Part shown: positions 1 to 11,479 of the stretch, in pieces
Layout: each line of letters opens with the position of its first letter
Numbering within the stretch: position 1 is the stretch's first letter
From: Eledone cirrhosa
Lineage: Eukaryota
NCBI GenBank assembly: GCA_964016885.1
Contig: OZ024740.1
Coordinates: 72,478,001-72,542,000 of the forward strand
Reading direction: 5' to 3'
DNA length: 64,000 nt
Translations under genes and position numbers: made by a program
The notes under the pieces: generated by a model
What the model was told of the DNA's origin: nothing
The model's input: the letters and a program-made list of their open reading frames with translations, nothing else
Databases searched by the model: none

Positions 1-129
1 ATATGTATATGTATATATATGTATATATATATATGTGTATATATATATATGTGTATATATATATATGTATATATATATATATGTATATGTATATATATGT
101 ATATATATATATGTGTATATATATATATG

Positions 130-176
<47 letters not shown>

Positions 177-456
177 GTATATATGTATATATATATATGT
201 ATATATATGTATATGTATATATATATATGTATATATATATATATGTATATGTATATATGTATATGTATATATATATATATGTATATGTATATATGTATAT
301 GTGTATATATGTATATGTGTATATATATATGTATATGTATATATGTGTATATATATATGTATATATATATATGTATATATATATATGTATATATATATAT
401 GATATATATATATGTATATATATATATGTATATATATATATGTATATATATATATG

Positions 457-503
<47 letters not shown>

Positions 504-1243
504 GTATATATATATATGTATATATATATATATGTATATATATATATGTATATATATATATGTATATATATATATATGTATATATATATATGTATATATA
601 TATATGTATATATATATATGTATATATATATATGTATATATATATATGTATATATATATATGTATATATATATATGTATATATATATATGTATATATATA
701 TATGTATATGTATATATATGTATATGTATATATATGTATATGTATATATATGTATATGTATATATGTGTATATATATATATGTGTATATATATATGTATA
801 TATATATGTGTATATATATATATGTATATATATATGTGTATATATATATATGTATATATATATATGTATATATATATATGTATATATATATATGTGTATA
901 TATATATGTATATATATATATGTGTATATATATATGTGTATATATATATGTGTATATATATATGTATATATATATATGTATATATATATATGTATATATA
1001 TATGTGTATATATATATGTGTATATATATATGTGTATATATATATGTGTATATATATATGTGTATATATATATGTGTATATATATATGTGTATATATATA
1101 TGTGTATATATATATGTGTATATATGTGTCTATATATATGTGTCTATATATATGTGTATATATATGTGTATGTATATATGTATGTATATATGTGTATGTA
1201 TATCTATATATATGTGTATATGTATATATGTATGTGTATATGT

Positions 1244-1274
<31 letters not shown>

Positions 1275-1518
1275 TATGTATGTATATGTATATGTATATG
1301 TATGTATATGTATATATATATATATGTATATGTATATATATATATATGTATATATATGTATGTATATATATGTATATGTATGTATGTATATGTATATATA
1401 TGTATATATATGTATGTATGTATATATATATATATATGTGTATGTATATATGTGTATGTATATATATATATGTGTATGTATATATATATGTATATATGTA
1501 TATATATATATGTATATA
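1..1518. repeat. (TA)n/(TG) compound microsatellite field
   Basis: Almost pure TA dinucleotide with interspersed TG; the overlapping Y/I/M/C/V ORFs are artefacts. Confidence 0.98.
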
Positions 1519-4500
1519 TCATCATCAACGTTTAACGTCCGTGTTCCACGCTTGCATGGGTTTGGACGTAGTTCCACTTGAGGCAAGAGTGATTGTCCTA
1601 CTCGCATAGGACTGTCTGGCAGGTTTTCTACAGTTGGATGCCCTTCCTTACACCAGCCACATTTACAGTGTGGGTCTGGGAGGTTTTTACCGTGTTGCCT
1701 ACACGGCCACATTACAGCATGGACTGTGTGTTTTTTTGTCGTGACACCTACACGATCTCATTTGTTTCGGCCTGGATGGCGCGGCACCAACATAACTTTA
1801 CATAGAACGGGGTGGTGTGGATGGGGTGGTGGTGGTGGGACGGGGTGTATTTTGTTAGAGATGCCTACTGGCTGGAGTAGGTTTTACTATATATTTAGGT
1901 AAGGCGGGTCTTCTCTGTTACTGAGTACCGCCAAAGGTCTCGGTCCAGTGACATTGTCTTGGAGAGGTGTAAGTGTGTGATGTCGGAGTTTCTCCGCTCG
2001 TCCCAGGTTTTTCTAGGTCTGCCTATTCCGTGACTACCGTCTATCTTTATTGCCCTGCACTTTGTTATACAGCTATCGACTTTCATGCGCATCACGTGTC
2101 CATACCAACGTAGCCTTCTCTCGAGTAAACAACATCTGATCCCTCTTATCTTTAATTTTTTCCTTAGTTCGTTTATGCTTTGCCGTTCACGTATATTACT
2201 GTTACACATCCAGCGGAGCATGCAAGCTTCGTTCCTCTCTAGTCTGTGTATATCCTCTGCACACAATGCCCAGGTCTCACTGCCATGCAGCATTGCTGTT
2301 CGTATGCAGGCATCGTACAACCTGCCTTTCATTTTTAGGGAGAACCCTTTAGCAGCTAATAGTGGTATAAGCTCTCTGAACTTTTTCCAACCAGTTCTGA
2401 CTCTAGCTACAGTACTTTCAGAGCACCCTCCCCCACTGCTGATTTTATCGCCCAGGTAACGGAAGCTGTCCACTATTTCTATAGAACCCTCTGTGCAATT
2501 GAAAGAGCTAGTATTTTGTGGGCACTTGCTGCTACTTATTGCACCAGAACACCGGCCACATGTAAAATCTATGTTCTTAGTTAGCTTACCTGTGATCCCA
2601 CTACATCTTTTATGCACCCATACTTTGCATTTAGGACATAAAATGGAGTTTCTACCTACGCCTTTCCTACACACCAAGCACGACCATTTCCTAGAAGGGA
2701 CCGCCGCCTTGTTTTCTTTCCTACAAACTAGAACTTTGGTCTTAGCCAGGTTAATTTTAAGTCCTTTTGACTCTAGGCCGTGCTTCCATGTTTGGAATTT
2801 CTTCTCTAGCTCGGCCATTGATTCCGCTATGAGTGTCAGGTCGTCTGCGTATAGGAGTTCCCATGGGCAGCCTGTCTTGAACTCCTCTGTTATAGCCTGA
2901 AGGGCAATAATAAATAGTAGGGGGCTGAGAACAGAGCCCTGATGGACGCCAACTTTTACGCTAAACTCTTCACTATATTCGTTGTTAATTCTAACCTTGC
3001 TGACTGTTTCTTTATACATGGCTTGTATAGCCCTCACAAGCCATTCGTCAACGCCTAGTTTTCTAAGAGCCCACCAGATAATGGAGCGGGGGACTCTGTC
3101 GAAGGCTTTCTCCAAGTCGACAAACTTAAGTAGAGGGGTTTACCTTTAGCTAGGTACTTCTCCTGTAGTTGTCGTACTATGAAAAGAGCGTCTGTGGTAC
3201 TTTTGCCTGACACAAACCCGAACTGCATTTCATCTAGGTCAATTCTCTCTCTGATTAGTTGCGCTATTACATTTTCCGTGACCTTCATGACCTGGTCGAT
3301 TAATTTAATGCCTCTATAGTTACTCCTATCTAGGGCGTCTCCTTTACCCTTATAACAGTTAACGATGATGCTGCTATGCCAGTCCTTCGGAACAACCCCA
3401 TTCTGTACGACTTGGTTAACTATGCGGGTGACCATGGTGTGTCCCACCGTGCCAGATGCCTTCAGCATCTCAGCAACTATTTCCGAAGGCCCAGCCGCCT
3501 TACCCGTCTTCATATCCTTGATTGCCTTACTTATTATACTCCCCTCGACTAACACTGCTGGTCCCTCTATTGGGTCGATATGGGGGAGACTGTCTTTCTC
3601 CCATTTATTCTCATTTAGTAGCCTTTCATAGTGACACTTCCAAGCTACCTTCTTATCAGCGTCGGTGATGGCAAGTGTGCCATCGTCGTTTAGTACACAC
3701 TTCTCCCCGACAATATCACGGTTTTCCTTGACGCATTACCTAGCAATCCTGAACACCTCACGTTTTTGGTCATCGCGTTGTAGAACATGCTTGAACTTTC
3801 TTTCCTCAGCTTCCCTTCTTGCTAAGTACACTTGTCTCCTAGCTTCCCTCCTGGCCACTTGATAGTCTTCTCTACTTCCCCCATCCCGCCATACTTTCCA
3901 AGCCTGCTTTTTGGCCTTAATTGACCCCTCCACCTTACTGTTCCACCACCATGTTACTCTCCTCCTGCCTACAGGCCTGCTCCAGCCACAGACTTCGTCT
4001 GTCGCCAACAGCAGGTTTGCTTTCAGAAATTCCCACTCTCCCTCTATATTGTCCGACTCTAAATGTTCTTCCTTACTGTCGAAAGCATCAAGTAATATGC
4101 TTTGAAATTTATTCCTGGCTGTGGGGTCCTTTTGCTTCCATATTTTTCTCCTGAGGATAGTCCTCTTCTGCTGTCGAGTACGTCTCGTCCTGACTATGAG
4201 GTCTCTAATTATCAGTCTATGTTGGGAGGTGCATTCTTCATGGGGGAGGGATTTAGTGTTTACAACAGACACTCTGTCACGTCTTCTGGTAAGGATATAA
4301 TCTACTTGGCTTGTGTGTTCCCCGGATCTATAGGTGATCAGGTGATTGTCACGTTTTTTGAAGTTAGTGTTACAGATAGTTAGGTTATTTGCATCACAGA
4401 ATTCCAGGATTCTGGAGCCTTCCTCATTTCTAGTACCAAACCCATAGCCTCCATGGATTTCGTCGTAGCCGTCACAATGTTGTCCAACGTGACCATTTAG

Positions 4501-5310
4501 GTTGCCTGCAATAATTATATAGTCACTGTCGGATATTTGGGAGGTAGTTAGCATCAGTGTCTCATAGAATCTGTCTTTTATAGTGCCGGGCAGTCCGGAT
4601 TGGGGTGCGTACGCAGATATTACTGTCACCGTAGTTCTATTGAGGACAAGTCGTATTTTAATTATTCTGTCGTTCACTCTATTTACGTCTATTATCTTAT
4701 CTGCCCACTTTTCTGCTACCATGATTCCTACTCCACCCAGCCCATCGTCGTTTCCCACCCAGAAAAGCTTATAACATCGTTTTTTACCCTCAATGAATCT
4801 AGCAGACCCACCCCTCCACCTGGTCTCTTGAATACAACAAACATCGACCTCCTTACGTTCAAGCATTTCTACAACCTCGTTAGCGCAACCCTTTAGGCTG
4901 CCTACATTTATGGTACCAACTCTGAAGTTTTGGATTGCGTTTGGGGGCGGGGGGCGATGGGGTTATGTTAGCCGTCCGCGGTCGAAACAATGAGGAGTGC
5001 TCGCATTCTCGTCCAAGAGGTGAATTTGTCTTTATCTTTGGCATTGTCGCTGAGCGTCCAGATTTTTCTCTCTCTCCTCCACTCTCCAGGATTCCGCATT
5101 CCATCCATCCATCATATATCGAAAGGCAACCAGGCAAGCGATAGTATAGGCCTCTGGCTTCTGATTGGTCCGCGTAATAATAATACTGGTGATGCGTGGG
5201 GGCTCTGGCTTATGATTGGTCCACGTAATAGCAATGGTGGTGCGTGGGGGCGGGAGGGAGGGGTGTTGGGTAGCTAGATAGAAGGTAATGATTGAATGGG
5301 GTCCTTGCAC
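1519..5310 (-). mobile_element. RTE-clade LINE, near full length, frameshifted (LINE-a)
   Basis: ORF pieces 3736-4866 (APE: QETRW, SAYAPQ, SQHR), 3055-3555 and 1895-3115 (RT: [16 protein letters not shown]; RLRWYGHV, GRPRKTW). About 370 bp 3' UTR ending in an (ATG)n tail at ~1519. 5' boundary approximate. Confidence 0.93.
1895..4920 (-). pseudogene. Disrupted APE endonuclease / reverse transcriptase ORF of LINE-a with internal Cys/His finger
   Basis: Homologous segments lie in different frames, with breaks near 3120, 3735 and 4930. Confidence 0.88.
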
Positions 5311-5546
5311 ATTTAACAAGCGATTAACAAAAATACAAAATTTGTTCTGTTCAATACGACCAAAAACTTTCGTATCTTAATAAATACAAAAAATGTCGAT
5401 TGTTTTAGCGATAGATTGGCTATTTGGACTTGATACGAAATATGGAGTGTGGAGGTAGAGATGAAGAAAAATATGTACATTACGTTACATGAATATCGTG
5501 GGGGAAGACAGCAAAGCAATGAAATTTGGCGAAGTGAATTTCTATC

Positions 5547-5586
<40 letters not shown>

Positions 5587-5794
5587 GGAGAGGGGGGGAG
5601 AGAGAGGGGGGTGGCCGCATGATGATTGTGTGTATTGGGTGTTTGACCGCCATGCCTTCGAAGTAGCGGGTGGGGGTCGAGGAAGCGCGAGTTTCGAGTT
5701 TCGAAAGAAGGAAGAAGGAAAGGATTTTGTTTTTTGTTTTGAAAATACGCTAGAATTAGGAATTGAGGTTTGAAAATATATATATATGTATATA

Positions 5795-6130
5795 TGGAGG
5801 CACATGGCTTAGTGGTTAGAGCATTGGCCTTGCAATCGAAAGGTTGTGAGTTCAATTCTCAGACCGGGTGATGTGTTGTTTCCTTGAGCAAGACACTTTA
5901 TTTCACATTGCTCCAGTTTACTCAGCTGTAGAAATGAGATGATAGGGACTGGGGTCCCTATCATTCCACTGCAAAGTGGTCGTGGAGGTGCCACGGCAAA
6001 AAAGCACCCAGCACTCACTGTAAATGAGGTTGGTGTTAGGAAGGGCATCCAGCTGTAGAAATCAAGCCAGAATCAGTTCCCGTCCCACCCTTGCAAGCAG
6101 GGAAAAGTGGACGTAAAATGAAATGATGAA
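5795..6130 (+). mobile_element. tRNA-derived SINE family A (CORE-like body, RTE-derived 3' part)
   Basis: A-box TGGCTTAGTGG, B-box GAGTTCAATTC, CORE-like CCTTGAGCAAGACACTT...CTCAGCTGTAGAAATG, (ATG)n tail. Near-identical copies at 22357, 30140, 42860 and 46644. Confidence 0.92.
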
Positions 6131-7122
<992 letters not shown>

Positions 7123-7158
7123 CGGAATTTTTTTTTTTTTTTTTTTTTTTCCAATTCA

Positions 7159-10100
7159 ATGATGTTCCAGAACAATGTAAACGAGATAATTGCCAATTTG
7201 GGTTCTGGAACAAAAGAGATCATTGGCAATAAGGGCAGGGGCCCCAAGTTATCACAACCTGGGCCCGCCCGTCATCGTGCCATTGTAATAGAGCCAAACA
7301 GGGCATTTAGTCTTGGCTGCTGGAACGTACGGACGCTGCTTGACGGGGATTCTTTGGAGCGTCCTGAACGAAGGACCGCTCTTGTTGCGAAGGAGCTTCG
7401 ACGTTACGATCTTGACATCGTGGCTTTGTCTGAGACGAGGTTAGCTGGAGATGGTCATCTTGCGGAATTTTGTGGAGAATATACATTCTTCTGGAAAGGA
7501 AGAGATGAAGGAACCAGAAGAGAGGCTGGGGTGGGATTTGCTGTTAAGACTGTACTGGTGAATAAATTAGAAGAATTCCCAGTGGGGATTAGTGAGCGTC
7601 TTATGTCCATGAGAGTTCCGCTGGACAAGGGAAGATATGCTACCCTGGTGAGTGTGTATGCTCCAACTATGAATTCTGTCGATGAAGAAAAACTGTCCTT
7701 TTACCATGCCTTGAAAGGTGTTTTAAGAAATATCCCTCAGGCAGACAAAGTCATCGTGCTTGGTGACTTTAATGCTAGAGTGGGTAGGGATTTTAACACA
7801 TGGAATGTAATCGGAAGGCATGGGGTGGGAAAGTGTAACAGCAATGGTATGCTCTTGCTGCAGATGTGTGAGGAGCTAGATCTGTGTGTTACCAACACCA
7901 TGTTCCAACAAAAGAACAAATTCAAGACCACATGGATGCATCCTGCATCTAAGGAATGGCATCTTTTGGACTACGTCCTAGTCAGGATGCGTGACAGACA
8001 GGATGTGCAGTGTGTTCGTGTTCTTCGTGGAGCTGAGTGCTGGACGGACCACCGCCTGGTGCGCGCAAAAGTGAATCTAATCACCAAACGTAAAATCCGG
8101 GCTCCTGGTGTTACCCTGCCCAAAAGATTGAATGCTGCTCGTCTTAAGGATAAAAATGTGAAGAGGACATTGGAAGAAGAGATGCAGGCTGCAGATCTTG
8201 GTGAGGATTGGCCGACCCTTAAAAAGTCGGTTTATGATGTAGGCAGGCGTGTTCTGGGATTGGTGCAGAGAAAACATCAGGACTGGTTTAATGAGAATGA
8301 TGTACATATAGAAGACTTGTTGGCTGATAAGAGGCGTGCTCTGTCACGCTACTTGACGGCAAAACCACAGGAGAGGAATACGTTGCATGAGGAGCTCAGG
8401 GATGTAAAATCACGTGTTAGGCGGAGTCTTTCTCAGATGAAGGATCAGTGGTGGAGTGAGAAGGCTGGTGAGATACAAACTGCGTCTGATTGCAATAACA
8501 CAAAGCTGTTGTACAGTCTCTTGCGTGAGGTTTATGGACCGTCTTCTTCTCTGGTGACACCGATTCGCAGCAGGGATGGCAAAGAACTTCTTCGTGACTC
8601 ACAGGGAATTCTACGAAGGTGGCGAGAGCACTTTGATGATCTTTTGAATCAGCCGTCTGTCGTCAGTGAAGATTTCCTCAATCTCATTCCGGAAAGTCCT
8701 GTGAAAGTAGCTCTCGCAGAACCTCCGACACTTGTGGAGGTTGCAGTGGCTATTTCGAAGCTGAACAGTGGAAGATCTCCAGGTATGGATGGCATACATG
8801 CTGAGCTCCTACAATATGGTGGTGAGAGACTCCTGCAACATCTTCACTCTCTGTTTGGAAGGATATGGGCTAATGAATCCGTGCCTGAGGACTGGAGAGA
8901 TGCAGTAATGGTGGTCTTGTACAAGGGAAAGGGTAACAGGAATGATTGTGGGAACTACAGAGGTATATCATTGCTTTCTGTCGTGGGGAAAGTTTTATGT
9001 AGGGTGCTTCTGGACCGTCTGCTGACACACATTGCAGATTGTGTCCTTCCTGAAAGTCAATCTGGTTTTCGTGTTGGACGCGGCACTACTGATATGATCT
9101 TCTCAGCTAGACAGCTCCAGGAGAAGTGCATTGAACAGGGCTTGGATCTGTATCAGGTTTTTGTCGATCTGACAAAGGCTTTCGATACTGTCAACAGAGA
9201 TGCATTATGGAAGATTCTCCAGAAACTTGGTTGCCCTGATAAGTTCCTTGCTTTAGTTAGGTCTTTCCATGACGACATGAGGGCTTGGGTTAATGTCGGA
9301 GGTAACATGTCGGAGCCTATCTCAGTAAAAAATGGAGTGAAACAGGGGGATATTCCAGCACCGACCCTGTTTGCCATATACTTTGCAATGGTTTTCTGTG
9401 TTGCATTCAGGAATTGCGAGCATGGTGTTTACATCCGATATCGAACCTCAGGCAGCATATTTAACATCAGGCGCTTTGCTGCGAAGACAAAGGTATTTAC
9501 ATCGGTCATAAGAGACCTCTTGTATGCAGATGATTGCGATCTTGTAGCGCACACAGAGAGTGATATGCAGCACATTTTGAATGTATTTTCTGACGCTTGC
9601 ACTGCCCTGGGTTTGACTGTCAGTCTCAAGAAAACCGTCGTCATGTACCAACCTGCACCTGGTAGGCAGTACACTGAACCAAACATCTATGTGTATGGCA
9701 AACGACTTGGAGTGGTTGATCAGTTTGTCTACCTGGGAAGCACTGTCAATCGATACGGCAACCTTGACGGTGAAATCTCACTTAGGATTAGGAAAGCAAG
9801 TGATGCTTTCGGAAAGCTAGAAAGGCGACTCTGGGGTCGGCGAGACATATGCAGGAGGACAAAGGTAAGGGTGTACAGGGCATGTGTACTCTCTTGTCTT
9901 CTTTATGCCTGCGAGACCTGGGTCACATATCGACGCCACCTTAGGCAATTGGAGCGTTTCCATCAGATGTGTCTCAGACGGATACATGGCGTTCGCTGGA
10001 GGGACCACATCAGTGATGTCGAGATTTTGGAAAGCTCTATGTGTGACAGTATAGAAGCTCTTGTGCTTAAGCAGCGACTCCGTTGGAGTGGTCACCTTGC

Positions 10101-10704
10101 CAGGATGAAGGATTCTAGAATACCAAAACAACTCTTCTATGGAGAGTTGGTTAAAGGAAAACGACCGCCACATAAACCAAAAAAGAGGTATAAGGATTCC
10201 TTGAAGGCCTCTCTGAAAGACGCTAACATCTCTGCTGATACATGGGAAAATATTGCTGCTGATCGTAATAAATGGAGAAAGACTGTATATGAGGGAAAAG
10301 TTGCCTTTGAGGCATCTCGAATCGCACACGAGAAAGTAAAGCGGGACGTGAGGAAGGGTATTGCTGTTGCACTTCCAGACGGCGAGGGTCCTCCTATGTT
10401 TCTGACATGCAGCGTCTGTGCGAGACTCTGCCTAAGCAAAGCTGGACTCGAAAGTCATCTTCGCAGTCATAAAGTAAGACCAGTGGTTGACTACCAGGCT
10501 GCTGTTGGAGATGCTACTCATCATGCTTGCCAAACATGTGGTAGAGAATGTAAATCAGCAGGAGGACTCAAGCGACATGCAAAAGTACACGAACTCCAAC
10601 CACAGCCGACTATTCCCAGTAAATGTTTTGGTTGCCGACTCTGTGCAAGACATTTTAGATCATTGGCTGGGCTAAAAAGCCACATTCGATCGCAGCACTG
10701 TTAG
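7159..10704 (+). CDS. RTE ORF2-like protein, ~1181 aa: APE endonuclease, reverse transcriptase, three C2H2 zinc fingers
   Basis: No stops. APE motifs [25 protein letters not shown]; RT motifs [20 protein letters not shown]; fingers CSVC..HLRSH, CQTC..HAKVH, CRLC..HIRSQH. Start ATG inferred as the first Met after the poly-T. Confidence 0.93.
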   Translation: MMFQNNVNEIIANLGSGTKEIIGNKGRGPKLSQPGPARHRAIVIEPNRAFSLGCWNVRTLLDGDSLERPERRTALVAKELRRYDLDIVALSETRLAGDGHLAEFCGEYTFFWKGRDEGTRREAGVGFAVKTVLVNKLEEFPVGISERLMSMRVPLDKGRYATLVSVYAPTMNSVDEEKLSFYHALKGVLRNIPQADKVIVLGDFNARVGRDFNTWNVIGRHGVGKCNSNGMLLLQMCEELDLCVTNTMFQQKNKFKTTWMHPASKEWHLLDYVLVRMRDRQDVQCVRVLRGAECWTDHRLVRAKVNLITKRKIRAPGVTLPKRLNAARLKDKNVKRTLEEEMQAADLGEDWPTLKKSVYDVGRRVLGLVQRKHQDWFNENDVHIEDLLADKRRALSRYLTAKPQERNTLHEELRDVKSRVRRSLSQMKDQWWSEKAGEIQTASDCNNTKLLYSLLREVYGPSSSLVTPIRSRDGKELLRDSQGILRRWREHFDDLLNQPSVVSEDFLNLIPESPVKVALAEPPTLVEVAVAISKLNSGRSPGMDGIHAELLQYGGERLLQHLHSLFGRIWANESVPEDWRDAVMVVLYKGKGNRNDCGNYRGISLLSVVGKVLCRVLLDRLLTHIADCVLPESQSGFRVGRGTTDMIFSARQLQEKCIEQGLDLYQVFVDLTKAFDTVNRDALWKILQKLGCPDKFLALVRSFHDDMRAWVNVGGNMSEPISVKNGVKQGDIPAPTLFAIYFAMVFCVAFRNCEHGVYIRYRTSGSIFNIRRFAAKTKVFTSVIRDLLYADDCDLVAHTESDMQHILNVFSDACTALGLTVSLKKTVVMYQPAPGRQYTEPNIYVYGKRLGVVDQFVYLGSTVNRYGNLDGEISLRIRKASDAFGKLERRLWGRRDICRRTKVRVYRACVLSCLLYACETWVTYRRHLRQLERFHQMCLRRIHGVRWRDHISDVEILESSMCDSIEALVLKQRLRWSGHLARMKDSRIPKQLFYGELVKGKRPPHKPKKRYKDSLKASLKDANISADTWENIAADRNKWRKTVYEGKVAFEASRIAHEKVKRDVRKGIAVALPDGEGPPMFLTCSVCARLCLSKAGLESHLRSHKVRPVVDYQAAVGDATHHACQTCGRECKSAGGLKRHAKVHELQPQPTIPSKCFGCRLCARHFRSLAGLKSHIRSQHC

Positions 10705-10712
10705 TTGCTATC

Positions 10713-10752
<40 letters not shown>

Positions 10753-10831
10753 GCTTATGTGCGTGCGTGTGTGTGTATATATATATGAATATGTATATTA
10801 TTGTTGTTGTTGTCGTTATTAATATTATTGC

Positions 10832-10871
<40 letters not shown>

Positions 10872-10991
10872 GTTATTAATGTATGTGTGTATATATGTGT
10901 GAGTGTATGTGTATGTATGTGTGTGTGTATATATGTATGTATGTGTATGTATGTGTGTGTATATATATGTGTATGTATATATGTATGTATA

Positions 10992-11024
<33 letters not shown>

Positions 11025-11054
11025 CTTTTCCCTTTTTTTTTTTTTTTTTTTTTC

Positions 11055-11087
<33 letters not shown>

Positions 11088-11103
11088 TATGCCTGCGAGA
11101 CCT

Positions 11104-11288
11104 GGGCGGTGGATTGGCAGTATCGGTAGAGGGTCGGACGCCATGCTTTCCAGCATAGTTACGTCCCTTTACGATCTGAGTTCAAATCCCGCCGAGGTTG
11201 ACTTTGCCTTTCATCCTTACGGGGTCGATGAAATAAAGTACCAGTAACGCACTGGGTAATTGCTGGCCTTGTGCCTAAAGTAGAAACA

Positions 11289-11333
<45 letters not shown>

Positions 11334-11335
11334 TT
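11104..11335 (+). mobile_element. tRNA-derived SINE family B (Nin/Deu-like body, (ATT)n tail)
   Basis: Head GGCGGTGGATTGGCAGTATCGGTAGAG, B-box GAGTTCAAATCC, body GCCTTTCATCCTTACGGGGTCGAT, ATT tail. Many copies in the window. Confidence 0.88.
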
Positions 11336-11479
11336 ATTTTTTTTTTTTTTTATTTTTTTATTTTTTTATTGTGCAATGGCCATACTCGATAACGAGGGGG
11401 CAGCCATCATGTATGTATGTATGTATGTATGTATGTATGTATATTTGTAGATATATATATGTGTATATGTGTATATATA

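Larger units (their letters stand above)
7125..11410 (+). mobile_element. RTE-clade LINE with intact ORF and C-terminal C2H2 fingers (LINE-b); 3' UTR interrupted by microsatellites and a SINE
   Basis: ORF 7159-10704. The terminal motif GGCCATACTCGATAACGAG...GCAGCCATCAT(GTAT)n at 11378-11440 matches the 3' ends of the derivatives at 16278, 19433 and 19958. Confidence 0.9.

Noticed and set aside
5795-5870. tRNA gene
   Set aside because: A/B boxes belong to a multi-copy SINE head; no complete cloverleaf or terminator.
10408-10701. Host C2H2 zinc-finger gene
   Set aside because: The fingers are contiguous with the RT ORF and lack TGEKP linkers.
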